From positions 674-64,673 of the forward strand of contig SVRQ01000010.1 in the NCBI GenBank assembly GCA_015064725.1: 64,000 nt of DNA, given 5' to 3'. The notes under the pieces were generated by a model. That model was not told the origin of the DNA and searched no databases. It worked only from the letters and a program-made list of their open reading frames with translations. Positions 9,641-19,220 of the stretch are shown piece by piece. Source of the stretch: Oscillospiraceae bacterium (GTDB taxonomy: Bacteria > Bacillota > Clostridia > Oscillospirales > CAG-272). Within the stretch, counting starts at the first letter, position 1, and each line of letters opens with the position of its first letter. The translations under genes and the position numbers were made by a program.

Positions 9641-10378
9641 TTATTTTCTTACCATATCCTTGATATTGTAAAGACCGGGAGCTTTACCGCAGATAAATCT
9701 TGCTGCGGCAACCGCGCCTTCGGCAAAGAGCGCGCGTGTGTGCGCCTCGTGCTTGAGCGTGATGGTCTGGGATTCGGTGGATATGATAACCTCATGTATG
9801 CCTACGATATTGCCGCAACGCACGGAGTTTATACCGATATCCTCTTTTTCTCTTTTTCTCATACCGCTTCTGCCGATAACAAAGTTTGCATCGGGGCGGT
9901 TTGTTTTGATCTCGTTTGCAATAAGGAGCGCTGTGCCGCTGGGGGCATCGAGCTTATTTTTATGGTGTGTTTCCACTATTTCAACGTCCGCATCCTTCAT
10001 AATGCGTGCTGCTTCCGCCGCAAGTGCAGCAAGAACGGCAACGCCTATGGACATATTGCCGGAAGCGAAAACAGGAACCGTCTGTGCCGCCTCCGTAATG
10101 CAGGCATTTTCTTCTTCCGTACATCCGGTCGTTGCAATTATTGCGGGAATACCGCGTTTTTTTGCATATTCAAGCACGCCGGGAACTGCCGTATGGTGGG
10201 AAAAGTCTATAATAACGTCCGCTTCCCCTGCGAAAGAGTCGAGAGAAGTAAGCACTTTTTCGCCATCGCCGTTTACGTCAACGAGGGCGGCAAGCGACAT
10301 ATCCGCGCTTTCTTCAACAAAGCGGATGACCTCCTTGCCCATTCTGCCGAGAGCGCCGTGAACAATAACCTTTGTCAT
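9641..10378 (-). CDS. dapB: 4-hydroxy-tetrahydrodipicolinate reductase
   Basis: 245 aa. N-terminal GALGRMG nucleotide-binding motif and the ETHHKNKLDAPSGTAL signature. Confidence 0.9.
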   Translation of the reverse strand: MTKVIVHGALGRMGKEVIRFVEESADMSLAALVDVNGDGEKVLTSLDSFAGEADVIIDFSHHTAVPGVLEYAKKRGIPAIIATTGCTEEENACITEAAQTVPVFASGNMSIGVAVLAALAAEAARIMKDADVEIVETHHKNKLDAPSGTALLIANEIKTNRPDANFVIGRSGMRKREKEDIGINSVRCGNIVGIHEVIISTESQTITLKHEAHTRALFAEGAVAAARFICGKAPGLYNIKDMVRK

Positions 10379-10392
10379 ATCTTCCTCCGAAA

Positions 10393-11283
10393 TTATACGT
10401 TAAGACCGTATTCTCTCATAACGGAAAGCATCTTTTCATAGGGCTCGCCTTCCATGGGAACAAGAGGGCCGCGGACAAAGTTGTCGCAATAACCGAGAGC
10501 CGCCATAGCCGCTTTTACGGGGATGGGGTTAACGTCGGAGAAGAGGGCCTTTGTGATCTTGTGGAGGTGGAACTGCATTTCTGCCGCACCCTTTACGTCG
10601 CCCTTAAAGTATCTGTCGCACATTTCAACCATCTTTTCGGGAAGCACGTTGGAAACGACGGAGATAACGCCAAGACCGCCGAGGGACATAAGCGGAACTA
10701 CCTGGTCATCGTTACCGGAGTAGAGCGCAAGCTTATCACCGACAAGTGTCATCGTTTCAACGATCTTTTCAAGGTTGCCGTTGGCTTCCTTAGCCGCAAC
10801 GATATTTTCGTGCTCTGCAAGAGCAGCGTACGTTGCAGGCTCGATATTTACGCCTGTACGGGAAGGTACGTTGTAAAGGATAATGGGCTTATCGCTTGCA
10901 TCGGCTACGTCATTGTAAAGCTTGATAAGACCCTTCTGGGATGTTTTGTTGTAATAGGGAGTAACAACGAGAAGCGCATCCGCGCCAACTCTGCAGGATT
11001 CGCGTGCAAGAGCAAGTCCGTGTTCGGAATCGTTGCTTCCCGCGCCGGCGATAACGGGTACTCTGCCGCCGACCTTTTCAACGGCGTATGCAATAGCACC
11101 GATGTGATCTTTATCGTTGAGGGTGGAAGCTTCGCCCGTTGTGCCGCATATCACAAGCGCGTTTATGCCTCTTTTTATCTGGTCTTCAATAAGAGCGCCG
11201 AACTGCGCATAATTGATGCCGCTTTCGTCCATAGGAGTGATGAGGGCTGTTGCCGCACCTTTGAAAACAATTTTCTTTTCCAT
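10393..11283 (-). CDS. dapA: 4-hydroxy-tetrahydrodipicolinate synthase
   Basis: 296 aa. CGTTGEASTL motif, YNVPSRTG motif and the Schiff-base Lys region IVAAKEA. Confidence 0.9.
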   Translation of the reverse strand: MEKKIVFKGAATALITPMDESGINYAQFGALIEDQIKRGINALVICGTTGEASTLNDKDHIGAIAYAVEKVGGRVPVIAGAGSNDSEHGLALARESCRVGADALLVVTPYYNKTSQKGLIKLYNDVADASDKPIILYNVPSRTGVNIEPATYAALAEHENIVAAKEANGNLEKIVETMTLVGDKLALYSGNDDQVVPLMSLGGLGVISVVSNVLPEKMVEMCDRYFKGDVKGAAEMQFHLHKITKALFSDVNPIPVKAAMAALGYCDNFVRGPLVPMEGEPYEKMLSVMREYGLNV

Positions 11284-11356
11284 AGCTTTTTTCTTCCTTC
11301 TTAAAAAATTATATTTTAATGATATTTTTTGCTGGTATTATGCGTTTTCTCGTATT

Positions 11357-11615
11357 ACAAAAAAATAGCTGACGGAAGTCAGCTATCACAACTTAAAAAT
11401 CGGGCATAAAATTCTCTCTGCTAATCTGCTCCGTGGTTTTCTCGTAATAAATAGCTCTCCGCAATACGCGACAATTCGGAAGATATTATTCCGCCGAACC
11501 AGGGAACGGCTTACCGCATAGACCGCCCTTCGGCACCGATCCCTTTCGCAAAAGCGGTATTTACGGATACCGTTTTCTGCCTTGCTACTTATAATCAAGT
11601 GCGCCTCTATCATTA
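11357..11615 (-). promoter_or_regulatory. lysine riboswitch (L-box) with intrinsic terminator expression platform
   Basis: The minus strand reads ATAGAGGCGCACTTG...GAAAGGGATCGGTGCCGAAGGGCGG...CCCTGGTTCGGCGG...TTGTCGCG...GGAGAGCTATT. This parallels the conserved AGAGGYGC / GGGGAxCGxCGCCGAAG / CTGTCA core of the B. subtilis lysC leader as I remember it. It ends in hairpin atagctgac-ttcc-gtcagctat plus a T7 run (11357-11386), 70 nt before dapA. Confidence 0.8.
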
Positions 11616-11624
11616 GATAGAGGT

Positions 11625-11654
11625 ATTGTACCACAACAGGCATAGCGATGTCAA
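11625..11654 (-). promoter_or_regulatory. sigma-A type promoter of the lysine operon
   Basis: Minus strand: TTGACA (11649-11654), 18-nt spacer, TACAAT (11625-11630), preceded by TGg (extended -10). Confidence 0.55.
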
Positions 11655-11667
11655 TATTTTATAGCAT

Positions 11668-11705
11668 AAAAAAGCGCAAAAAACAAAGTTTTTTGCGCTT
11701 TTTTC
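11668..11705 (-). terminator. intrinsic terminator after the rlmI-like gene
   Basis: Stem aaagcgcaaaaaac / gttttttgcgcttt with loop aaag and U-rich flanks on both strands. It lies immediately after stop 11707. Confidence 0.7.
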
Positions 11706-11706
11706 A

Positions 11707-12933
11707 TCACACTACCTGGAAAAGATAGAACTTCAAATAATCCGTTTCCGGAACGTTCAAAAGTATGGGGTGGTCGGGGCCCTGCGTGCGCGCTTCGATC
11801 TGTTTAAGCTCCACGTTTGCGTCGCGCGCGGCTTCTTTAAGCATCTTTACAAAATCCTCGCTCGGCATAAAGTGGGAGCAGGAACAGGTTGCAAAGAAGC
11901 CTCCGCGCGGCAAAAGCTTCATCGCGCGGTAATTTATCTCCTTATATCCGCGGTATGCAGAGCTTGCTGTTTTGCGGCTCTTGGTAAACGCGGGAGGATC
12001 GAGTATTATAAAATCATAAGGGGAGTTCTTCCCTTTTTCAAGCTCGGGAAGAAGGTCGAAAACGTCGGCGCAGACAAAATCCATCTTGTCCTCGATTCCG
12101 TTAAGGCGTGCATTCGCCCTCGCCATATCCACGGCAGACTGCGAAACGTCAACCGCCGTAACTCTTGCAGCCCCGCCCATAACGGCGTTCATTGCAAAAG
12201 AGCCCGTGTGCGTAAAGCAGTCCAAAACCCTCTTGCCCTTTGCAAGCTTGGCAACGGCAAGGCGGTTATACTTTTGGTCAAGGAAAAATCCCGTTTTTTG
12301 TCCGTTTTCAACGTCAACGGTGTATTTAACGCCGTTTTCGCATATTTCCGTTATAGTGCTTTCGGGGTGGGGTCTTCCCTCTTTTTCGTACCAGCCCTTG
12401 AACAGCGGCAAGCCCTCAAGCTCTCTTATTGCAACGTCCTCGCGCTCGTAAATGCCGGAAATTTTCTCTCCGATAGCATCAAAAGTTTCAAAGAGGATAT
12501 CGAATATCATATTTTTTATCTTGTCCATACCAAGGGAAAGCACCTGCACCACAAGGATGTCGGAAAACTTATCCACGGTAAGACCCGGCATACCGTCCGC
12601 TTCGCCGAAAATGATACGGCAGGAGGAAAAATCGTTCCCCATAACGGCACGGCGGTAATCCACAGCATATTTTATTCTGCGCTCAAAGAAAGAACGCTCG
12701 AATCTTTCGTTAGCGTTGGAGGAAAGAAGGCGAATACGTATCTTGCTCTTCTCGCTCCAAAATCCCGTGCCAAGGTAAGAATCCTTGCTTGAATAGACGT
12801 CGCAAAGCTCGCCGTTTTCGTTCGGCGCTCCGCTTGTTATCTCTGCATCATATACCCACGGGTGACCTTTTTTTATCGAATATTCCGCCTTTTTTGTGAC
12901 GGTTATTTTGGGAAATCTTCTTTCTGCGCTCAT
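11707..12933 (-). CDS. rlmI: class I SAM-dependent 23S rRNA (cytosine-C5) methyltransferase, RlmI/YwbD-like
   Basis: 408 aa. N-terminal PUA-like segment (KKGHPWVYDAEI) and C-terminal Rossmann MTase motifs (VLDCFTHTGSFA, IILDPPAF). Confidence 0.75.
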   Translation of the reverse strand: MSAERRFPKITVTKKAEYSIKKGHPWVYDAEITSGAPNENGELCDVYSSKDSYLGTGFWSEKSKIRIRLLSSNANERFERSFFERRIKYAVDYRRAVMGNDFSSCRIIFGEADGMPGLTVDKFSDILVVQVLSLGMDKIKNMIFDILFETFDAIGEKISGIYEREDVAIRELEGLPLFKGWYEKEGRPHPESTITEICENGVKYTVDVENGQKTGFFLDQKYNRLAVAKLAKGKRVLDCFTHTGSFAMNAVMGGAARVTAVDVSQSAVDMARANARLNGIEDKMDFVCADVFDLLPELEKGKNSPYDFIILDPPAFTKSRKTASSAYRGYKEINYRAMKLLPRGGFFATCSCSHFMPSEDFVKMLKEAARDANVELKQIEARTQGPDHPILLNVPETDYLKFYLFQVV

Positions 12934-13022
12934 TTTTTCTTCTCCAAATGTTTTTTGATAGATATATTTTATTGTAATTTACGCATATTGTCAAGTTTTC
13001 ACGGTGTTTTCACAAAAACACT

Positions 13023-14117
13023 TTACATATCCTCTATTATATCCGCAATTTTTTTGCAAGCGGTTCCGTCGCCGTATGGGTTTTTCGCCTTTGCCATACT
13101 TTCGTAAAGGGCGGCATCGTCAAGCAGTGCTTCAAACCCCTCCTTGACGGAAGCGTATGTGTTGCCGATAAGGCGCACGGTTCCCGCCTCCACCCCCTCG
13201 GGACGCTCCGTCGTTTCACGCATCACAAGCACGGGAACGCCAAACGCCGGGGCTTCCTCCTGCACGCCGCCGCTGTCGCTGAGGACAAGGTAAGCACGAG
13301 CCATAATATTGTGAAAATCGAATACGTCCAGCGGCTCGGTAAGCTTCACCTGCGAAAAGTGCGCAAACGCCCCCTGCGCCGCAGCACGCACGGCGGGATT
13401 CGGGTGAACGGGATAGATCACACACACGTCGGGGTGAGAGAGCAATACTTCCTTTATAGCCGCAAACATCTCCTGCATAGTTTCCCCGATGTTTTCCCTC
13501 CTGTGCGACGTGAGAAGCACCATACGCCTGCCATTTGCAAAATCAAGCGCAGGATGAGAAAACTCCTTCCTTACCGTGTAACGGAGAGCATCTATAACCG
13601 TATTACCCGTGACAAAAACGCTGTCTTGTCCGCGCCCCTCAGCAATAAGGCGGTCTGCGGAAAGCTTCGTCGGGGCAAAATGACAGTAGGAAAGCGAATC
13701 CACCGCAACTCTGTTAAATTCTTCGGGATAAGGCGCATTTATATTGTAAGTGCGAAGTCCTGCCTCCACGTGTCCCACGGGAACTCGCAGATAAAACGCG
13801 GCAAGCGATGCCGCAAATGCCGTAGTCGTATCTCCGTGAACGAGCAAAAGATCGCATTTTTCTTTTTCGAGTATTTCGCGCACACCTCGCATAACCTTTT
13901 CCGTTATGTCGAAAAGCGTCTGCCCCTCACTCATAACGCAGAGGTCGAAATCGGGTTCGATGCCGAAAAAAGAAAGCACGGAGGAAAGCATCTCTCTGTG
14001 CTGTCCCGTCACCAGGACGCGCACGCAAAATTCCTTTCTCTTTTTCAGCTCCGTTACAAGAGGGCACATTTTTATCGCTTCGGGACGTGTTCCGAAAACG
14101 AGGATTATATTTTTCAA
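13023..14117 (-). CDS. wecB: UDP-N-acetylglucosamine 2-epimerase (non-hydrolysing)
   Basis: 364 aa. Motifs: MKNIILVFGTRPEAIKMCPL, HVEAGLRT, SDSGGVQEEAP. Confidence 0.9.
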   Translation of the reverse strand: MKNIILVFGTRPEAIKMCPLVTELKKRKEFCVRVLVTGQHREMLSSVLSFFGIEPDFDLCVMSEGQTLFDITEKVMRGVREILEKEKCDLLLVHGDTTTAFAASLAAFYLRVPVGHVEAGLRTYNINAPYPEEFNRVAVDSLSYCHFAPTKLSADRLIAEGRGQDSVFVTGNTVIDALRYTVRKEFSHPALDFANGRRMVLLTSHRRENIGETMQEMFAAIKEVLLSHPDVCVIYPVHPNPAVRAAAQGAFAHFSQVKLTEPLDVFDFHNIMARAYLVLSDSGGVQEEAPAFGVPVLVMRETTERPEGVEAGTVRLIGNTYASVKEGFEALLDDAALYESMAKAKNPYGDGTACKKIADIIEDM

Positions 14118-14201
14118 ATCAAAAACTCCTTCTTGATCTATTTTTCAATAAATATTATAACTCTTTTGTAATATTATATCCCTTTTGGGAAAGTAAAGCA
14201 A

Positions 14202-14240
14202 CAAAAAGCCGCGCCTTTTTCGCAAAAGACGCGGCTTTTT
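14202..14240 (-). terminator. intrinsic terminator ending the Mrp-like operon
   Basis: Stem aaaagccgcg ... cgcggctttt with an internally paired loop and a T-run on the minus strand. It lies directly after stop 14243. Confidence 0.7.
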
Positions 14241-14242
14241 CA

Positions 14243-16291
14243 TCAAAATACAAATATAAGAAGCAAAAGTATCGTGCATATACCAAGGCAGGCCATAAGA
14301 AGTGCAAAGGAAAAGTTTCCGAATATGCGCGAGGTCGTGTGTGATACGGTCTCCATCACGCGGGAAAATTTCTTCGCGTGGGTGTGTTCCTCGCTTGAAG
14401 TAAGCTTATCAAGCACGGAGCCCACGGCATAAGCCGCCCTATGCTTGTGATGCACCTGTATTTCCTTCGTGTCGCGCAAAACGCTCTTGCGTAAGAGAAG
14501 CGCGAAGAAGTCCGTTACGTTATCCGCCGCGCGGCAGATGACCGACAGCGCGAACATTCCCGCACCGATAAGATGCTCGGGAAGCTTATCAAGGAAAGAG
14601 ATCAATGCGCCCAAAGCCGTAACGATCGCCTTGTAAACAGGAACGTAAACAAGATTTTCAATGGATATTTTATCATTCCAAGGGCAGATATACGTCTTTC
14701 TGCCGTCCTTTTTCTTTATAAGAAGCGTTCTTATAAACCCGAAATAGACAAGCACACCGATGGAAAGAGAGATAAGCACGCCTTTAAGATTTACCCAGGA
14801 CAAATATTCCACAGCGTGGTGGAAAGCGTGTCCGTTTGCAAGCGGAAGCATCGTTTCCGTAATTTTTTCGGAAAGAGCGTGCGGAAGTATTCCAAGGATG
14901 ACGATCGGCACGGCGGAAAACGCAAGCGCAAGCTTGGAAGCAAGCGAAAGTTTCATCTTTTTTCCTTCTCCGTTTCCCTTCTCGATAAAGATGGCAACGA
15001 AAAGCTTCGTCATATAAGCGGCGGTAAGTCCGCCGGAGAAGAGAAAGAGCCATTCCACAGCCGTAATAAGCGTTCCGGCGTGGTGCGCATACTCAACGAT
15101 GCTTTCGTGAACGAGAGTTTTGGAGATATATCCGCAAGTTCCGGGTATGCCGGCAAGGCTGCACGCGCCGACAAGGAATATTACCGCAAGGAACGGCTTT
15201 CCCCTGCCGAAGCCGCGAAGCTTATTGAGGTCCAGCGTGTGTGCGCTCATATATATCGCACCCGCGCAAAGGAAAAGCACAAGCTTTACAAGCGAGTGGT
15301 TTATCATATAAAGAAACGTACCGTTTGCGGCAAGCGCATTCTCCTCTCCGAGAAGCGTTATCATAGAAACACCCGTAAGGATAAAGCCTATCTGAGAAAG
15401 AGAGGAGCAAGCAAGCGTTCTCTTTAAATTCACGGAGAAAACCGCAAGCACCGCACCGAGCACCATCGTGACCGCGGCAAGGGCAAGAAGCGTGTATCCC
15501 CATATCTTATCCTCGCGCAGGATATGCCCCGTTATAACGAGTATGCCGAACACTCCCGCCTTTGTAAGAACACCCGAAAGAAGCGCGCTTGCGGGTGCGG
15601 GAGCAACGGGGTGTGCCTTGGGAAGCCAGATATGAAGCGGAAACATTCCCGCCTTTGCACCAAAACCGAAAAGAAGACAGAAAGCACAAACGTAAAGCTT
15701 TGCACTTTTGTCGGCAGCGCCGACCGCTTCGTAAAGCGCATCGATTTCAAGCGTTCCCGTAATACTGTAAAGCAGGAAAAGACCCATAAGAGCCACCATA
15801 CCGCCGAGGGCGGCGATGGTGATATACGTTTTTCCCGCCGCCAGAGCCTCGTCCGTCTGCTCCTGTACGACCCAGACGTAGGAGGTGAAGGACATTATCT
15901 CGAAAAACACGAAAGTGGTCAAAAGATCTGCGGAAAGGAACACGCCCATCGTCGCGCCAAGCGTGAGAAGCAGGAAGAAATTATATCTTCCCTTGTTATG
16001 ATGCCCCTTGAAATATTGGTGCGAAAGAAGCGCGGATGCCGTCCACATAAACGCGCTCACAATGCCGTAAACCGCGTGAAATCCGCCAAACGAAAACGAA
16101 AAACCGAGCATTGGGATCTTTACGCCTTCACCGTATGCAAAAAACGCGCAAATAACGGACAGCGCAAGGGTAAGCGCACAAAAGACCGTGGAAACGGCGG
16201 CGCAATTTTCCTCGTTTTTTCTGCCGACTGCACGGCACAAGAACGCCGCCGCAAACGGAAGAAGCACCAAAGAAAAAATAAGCATATTCAT
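14243..16291 (-). CDS. MrpA/NuoL-like antiporter subunit with C-terminal lateral-helix extension
   Basis: 682 aa. The core carries the proton-conducting membrane transporter motif GFGAKAGMFPLHIWLPKAHPVAPAPASALLSGVLTKAG. After about residue 490 come extra TMs, a long mostly non-TM stretch (about 110 aa) and a final TM (FSFALLMACLGICTILLLLIFVF), which is NuoL/MrpA-N architecture. ATGA overlap with the upstream gene. Confidence 0.75.
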   Translation of the reverse strand: MNMLIFSLVLLPFAAAFLCRAVGRKNEENCAAVSTVFCALTLALSVICAFFAYGEGVKIPMLGFSFSFGGFHAVYGIVSAFMWTASALLSHQYFKGHHNKGRYNFFLLLTLGATMGVFLSADLLTTFVFFEIMSFTSYVWVVQEQTDEALAAGKTYITIAALGGMVALMGLFLLYSITGTLEIDALYEAVGAADKSAKLYVCAFCLLFGFGAKAGMFPLHIWLPKAHPVAPAPASALLSGVLTKAGVFGILVITGHILREDKIWGYTLLALAAVTMVLGAVLAVFSVNLKRTLACSSLSQIGFILTGVSMITLLGEENALAANGTFLYMINHSLVKLVLFLCAGAIYMSAHTLDLNKLRGFGRGKPFLAVIFLVGACSLAGIPGTCGYISKTLVHESIVEYAHHAGTLITAVEWLFLFSGGLTAAYMTKLFVAIFIEKGNGEGKKMKLSLASKLALAFSAVPIVILGILPHALSEKITETMLPLANGHAFHHAVEYLSWVNLKGVLISLSIGVLVYFGFIRTLLIKKKDGRKTYICPWNDKISIENLVYVPVYKAIVTALGALISFLDKLPEHLIGAGMFALSVICRAADNVTDFFALLLRKSVLRDTKEIQVHHKHRAAYAVGSVLDKLTSSEEHTHAKKFSRVMETVSHTTSRIFGNFSFALLMACLGICTILLLLIFVF

Positions 16292-17754
16292 ATTCCCACC
16301 GCCTTTGTAATAATTTCAATAAAGCTGCCGGAGAAGATGCCCAGAAGCACGCAGGCAAGCGCGCATACGAGCATCGCACTTTTCATAAGAACACCGGCAT
16401 CACGAACGCCGTCCAAATCCGTCGCTTTTTCCTTGTCGGGAAAATACGCCTTTATGCAAACGGAAAGTGCGTACATCGCCGTAAGAAAAGCCGATATCAT
16501 AAGCACCGCCGCGCCGATGAGCGCAAGGGGCGAGCCATGGGAGAGAGCCCCCTCGGCAATAAGCCATTTGCTCACAAAGCCGCAAAGCGGAGGTATGCCC
16601 ACAAGGGAAAGTGCCGCCACGGTGAAAAATGCAAACGTCGCAGGCATCTTTTGCCCGATACCGTCAAGCTCGCGTATATATTCCTTGCCGGTGTGGTGAA
16701 GCACCGCGCCCACGGCAAAGAAAAGGCAGATCTTTATAACGGAGTGGAAAACAAGATGTACAAAAGATGCGGCAAGCCCTGCGTCCGTCATAAGAGTGGC
16801 GGCAAAAATGATATAAGAAAGGTTTGCCACCGTGGAATAAGCCATACGGCGTTTGAAGTGCGTTTGCTTAAATGCCTTGGAAGAACCGTAAAGTATTGTT
16901 ATTATGGCAAAGATCATTGCAAGTGCCTGCGCCCAAGTGCCGGAAAGCACGTCCGTACCGTATGAATAATAGATAAGGCGGATCACAGCGAACACGCCCG
17001 CCTTTACCACAGCGACCGCGTGAAGAAGAGCCGTCACGGGAGTAGGTGCGACGGATGCCGCGGGAAGCCAGCCGTGGAACGGGAATATCGCCCCCTTTAC
17101 ACCAAAGCCGAAGAAGGCGAAAAGGAAAAGCAGAAGCGCCGTTTCCTGCTCGCCCGTACCGAGCGAAAGAGAGCCGCCGAGCGTGAACACCGCCGCATCC
17201 TTGCTTACAAGAAATACCACGGCAGTAAACGCGAACGCCGCACCGCCGAATGAATAGAGCATATATTTTTTTGCGGCGGCAATATTCTTCTCTTCCGCGC
17301 CGTACATAACAAGCGGAATAGTAAAAAGCGTGAGAAGCTCATAGAAAAGATACATCGTAACGATGTCGGAAGCAAAAGCCACACCCATCACAGCTCCAAA
17401 AGCCATTGTAAAGAAAGCGTAAAACGTGTTCGTTTTTTCATCGTGCGCCATATACTCAAAGGCATAGATCGCCGTCACGGGCCAAAGCGTTGCGGCAAGG
17501 CAGGAAAATATCTTTCCCGCGCCGTCAAGAGAGAGCGCAAAGCTTATCTGCTTTGTAAATTGGATAAGCATAAGCTTCTCCTCGGGACTCTTTATAGCGA
17601 GCATCCATACGCACACTGCGGAAAGCAAGAGCACCGCAAGAATAAACGCATTTCTCATGCTTCTTTTGCGTGCTGGAATGAAATAAGACAGCGCGCCGAA
17701 GGCTATCGGAAAAAGAACGGGAAAAAGCAAAAATATTTCATTCATACCGTTCAC
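16288..17754 (-). CDS. MrpD/NuoM-N-like antiporter subunit (copy 3)
   Basis: 488 aa polytopic protein. Motif GFGVKGAIFPFHGWLPAASVAPTPVTALLHAVAVVKAG. Confidence 0.8.
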   Translation of the reverse strand: MNGMNEIFLLFPVLFPIAFGALSYFIPARKRSMRNAFILAVLLLSAVCVWMLAIKSPEEKLMLIQFTKQISFALSLDGAGKIFSCLAATLWPVTAIYAFEYMAHDEKTNTFYAFFTMAFGAVMGVAFASDIVTMYLFYELLTLFTIPLVMYGAEEKNIAAAKKYMLYSFGGAAFAFTAVVFLVSKDAAVFTLGGSLSLGTGEQETALLLFLFAFFGFGVKGAIFPFHGWLPAASVAPTPVTALLHAVAVVKAGVFAVIRLIYYSYGTDVLSGTWAQALAMIFAIITILYGSSKAFKQTHFKRRMAYSTVANLSYIIFAATLMTDAGLAASFVHLVFHSVIKICLFFAVGAVLHHTGKEYIRELDGIGQKMPATFAFFTVAALSLVGIPPLCGFVSKWLIAEGALSHGSPLALIGAAVLMISAFLTAMYALSVCIKAYFPDKEKATDLDGVRDAGVLMKSAMLVCALACVLLGIFSGSFIEIITKAVGI

Positions 17755-17755
17755 C

Positions 17756-19204
17756 TTACATCACAGAGGAAGCGATTCTTCCGATAAATTCCGTAACGGG
17801 AGCTGCAAAAAGCCCTCCCGCAAGGCTGAGTACGGCAAGCAATACTATGGGAATAAGCATAAGAACAGGCTCTTTTCTTATCTCCATAGTCTGTGCGCTT
17901 CCCTCACTCGGGAAAAATGCGTGTATGGATATGGAAAGGAGGTATCCCGCCGTAAGCAGTGCGGAAGCAAGCAGCACCGCGGGAACGAGCCACGAGAAAA
18001 CACCCATAGAAGCCTCAAGAGAAGCGCTTGCAAGATACCATTTGCTGATAAATCCGCCCGTGGGGGGAATGCCGATAAGAGAGAGCGAGAGCAGCGTGAA
18101 GCAGAAGAACGTCACGGGCATCTTGCGTCCCATACCGTGAATTTCGTCCACGGTAGTTTTTCCGTAAAGATATATTACCGCGCCGCAGCAAAGGAAAAGA
18201 CCGACTTTTACGATTGCGTGGAAAAGTATCTGCAAAAGAGCTCCCTCTACGCCGGATTCCGTAAAGAGGAAAAGACCGCAGAGCACGTAAGAGATCTGGC
18301 TCACCGTGGAGTAAGCAAGACGCTTTTTGAACACCTTTTCACGGTATGCCATCATAGAACCCATAAGCACGGTAAGAAGGCACAGACAAAGAAGCGCCGT
18401 TTGCACCCAAGTGCCGAAAAGGACCTTTGCGCCGACCGTAAAGAACACCGTGCGGATTATGGCAAGCACGCCTGCCTTTGCGATTATCGCGGAGAGCAGT
18501 GCGCTCGCAGGGGCGGGGGCTACGGGGTGCGCCGTGGGAAGCCAGCCGTGAAGCGGAAACATTCCGGCCTTTGCACCAAAGCCTATGCACATAACGAATA
18601 CCGCGGAAAGCACAAGGGGACTTGCGCTTTCCAGGTTTCCGCCTGCGGAAAAATCGAGCGAGCATTCGCCCGCAAGAACGAATATGCCGAAGAGCGCGGC
18701 GAATGCACCGGCAACGGAATAATAAAGATATTTTTTAGCCGCGGCAACAGACTCCTTTGAAAGGGAGTGTATTACAAGGGGCGCGGAGAAAAGCGTTACG
18801 AATTCGTAGAAAACGTACATAGAAACAAGCCCCGAGGAAAGCGCGGCACCGACCATTGCGCCCTCGGAAAGGAGCATAAACGAGAAAAATCTTTCCTCGT
18901 TCTTTTCGTGCTTCATATAAACGCAGGCGTAAAGAAGCACCAACAGCCAGCCTATGCAGATAATTCCAAGGAAGAATTTCGCAAGCATATCCGAAGAAAA
19001 GCCGAGCGTGATGACATCCGTTATCTTAATAACTCCCGTGCTCATTGCCTCGGAAAAGATGATGAGCGCGCAAAACACGGTCTCAATCACCTGCATAGCA
19101 AGCACAAGCGAAAGCTTTGCTTTACGGCTTTGTATATTTTTGAGAAGCGGAACGATAAGTCCGCAGGCAAGCGGAAACACCGCCGCCATTATAAGCATAA
19201 ACAT
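17756..19204 (-). CDS. MrpD/NuoM-N-like antiporter subunit (copy 2)
   Basis: ORF 17756..19258. ATG 19204 is preferred (AAGAGGTGA RBS, no overlap with the upstream stop at 19221). Motif GFGAKAGMFPLHGWLPTAHPVAPAPASALLSAIIAKAG. Confidence 0.8.
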   Translation of the reverse strand: MFMLIMAAVFPLACGLIVPLLKNIQSRKAKLSLVLAMQVIETVFCALIIFSEAMSTGVIKITDVITLGFSSDMLAKFFLGIICIGWLLVLLYACVYMKHEKNEERFFSFMLLSEGAMVGAALSSGLVSMYVFYEFVTLFSAPLVIHSLSKESVAAAKKYLYYSVAGAFAALFGIFVLAGECSLDFSAGGNLESASPLVLSAVFVMCIGFGAKAGMFPLHGWLPTAHPVAPAPASALLSAIIAKAGVLAIIRTVFFTVGAKVLFGTWVQTALLCLCLLTVLMGSMMAYREKVFKKRLAYSTVSQISYVLCGLFLFTESGVEGALLQILFHAIVKVGLFLCCGAVIYLYGKTTVDEIHGMGRKMPVTFFCFTLLSLSLIGIPPTGGFISKWYLASASLEASMGVFSWLVPAVLLASALLTAGYLLSISIHAFFPSEGSAQTMEIRKEPVLMLIPIVLLAVLSLAGGLFAAPVTEFIGRIASSVM

Positions 19205-19220
19205 TTTAAATTCACCTCTT

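Noticed and set aside
11386-11643. 85-aa minus-strand ORF upstream of dapA.
   Set aside because: It coincides exactly with the lysine riboswitch and its terminator. The region is better explained as structured RNA.
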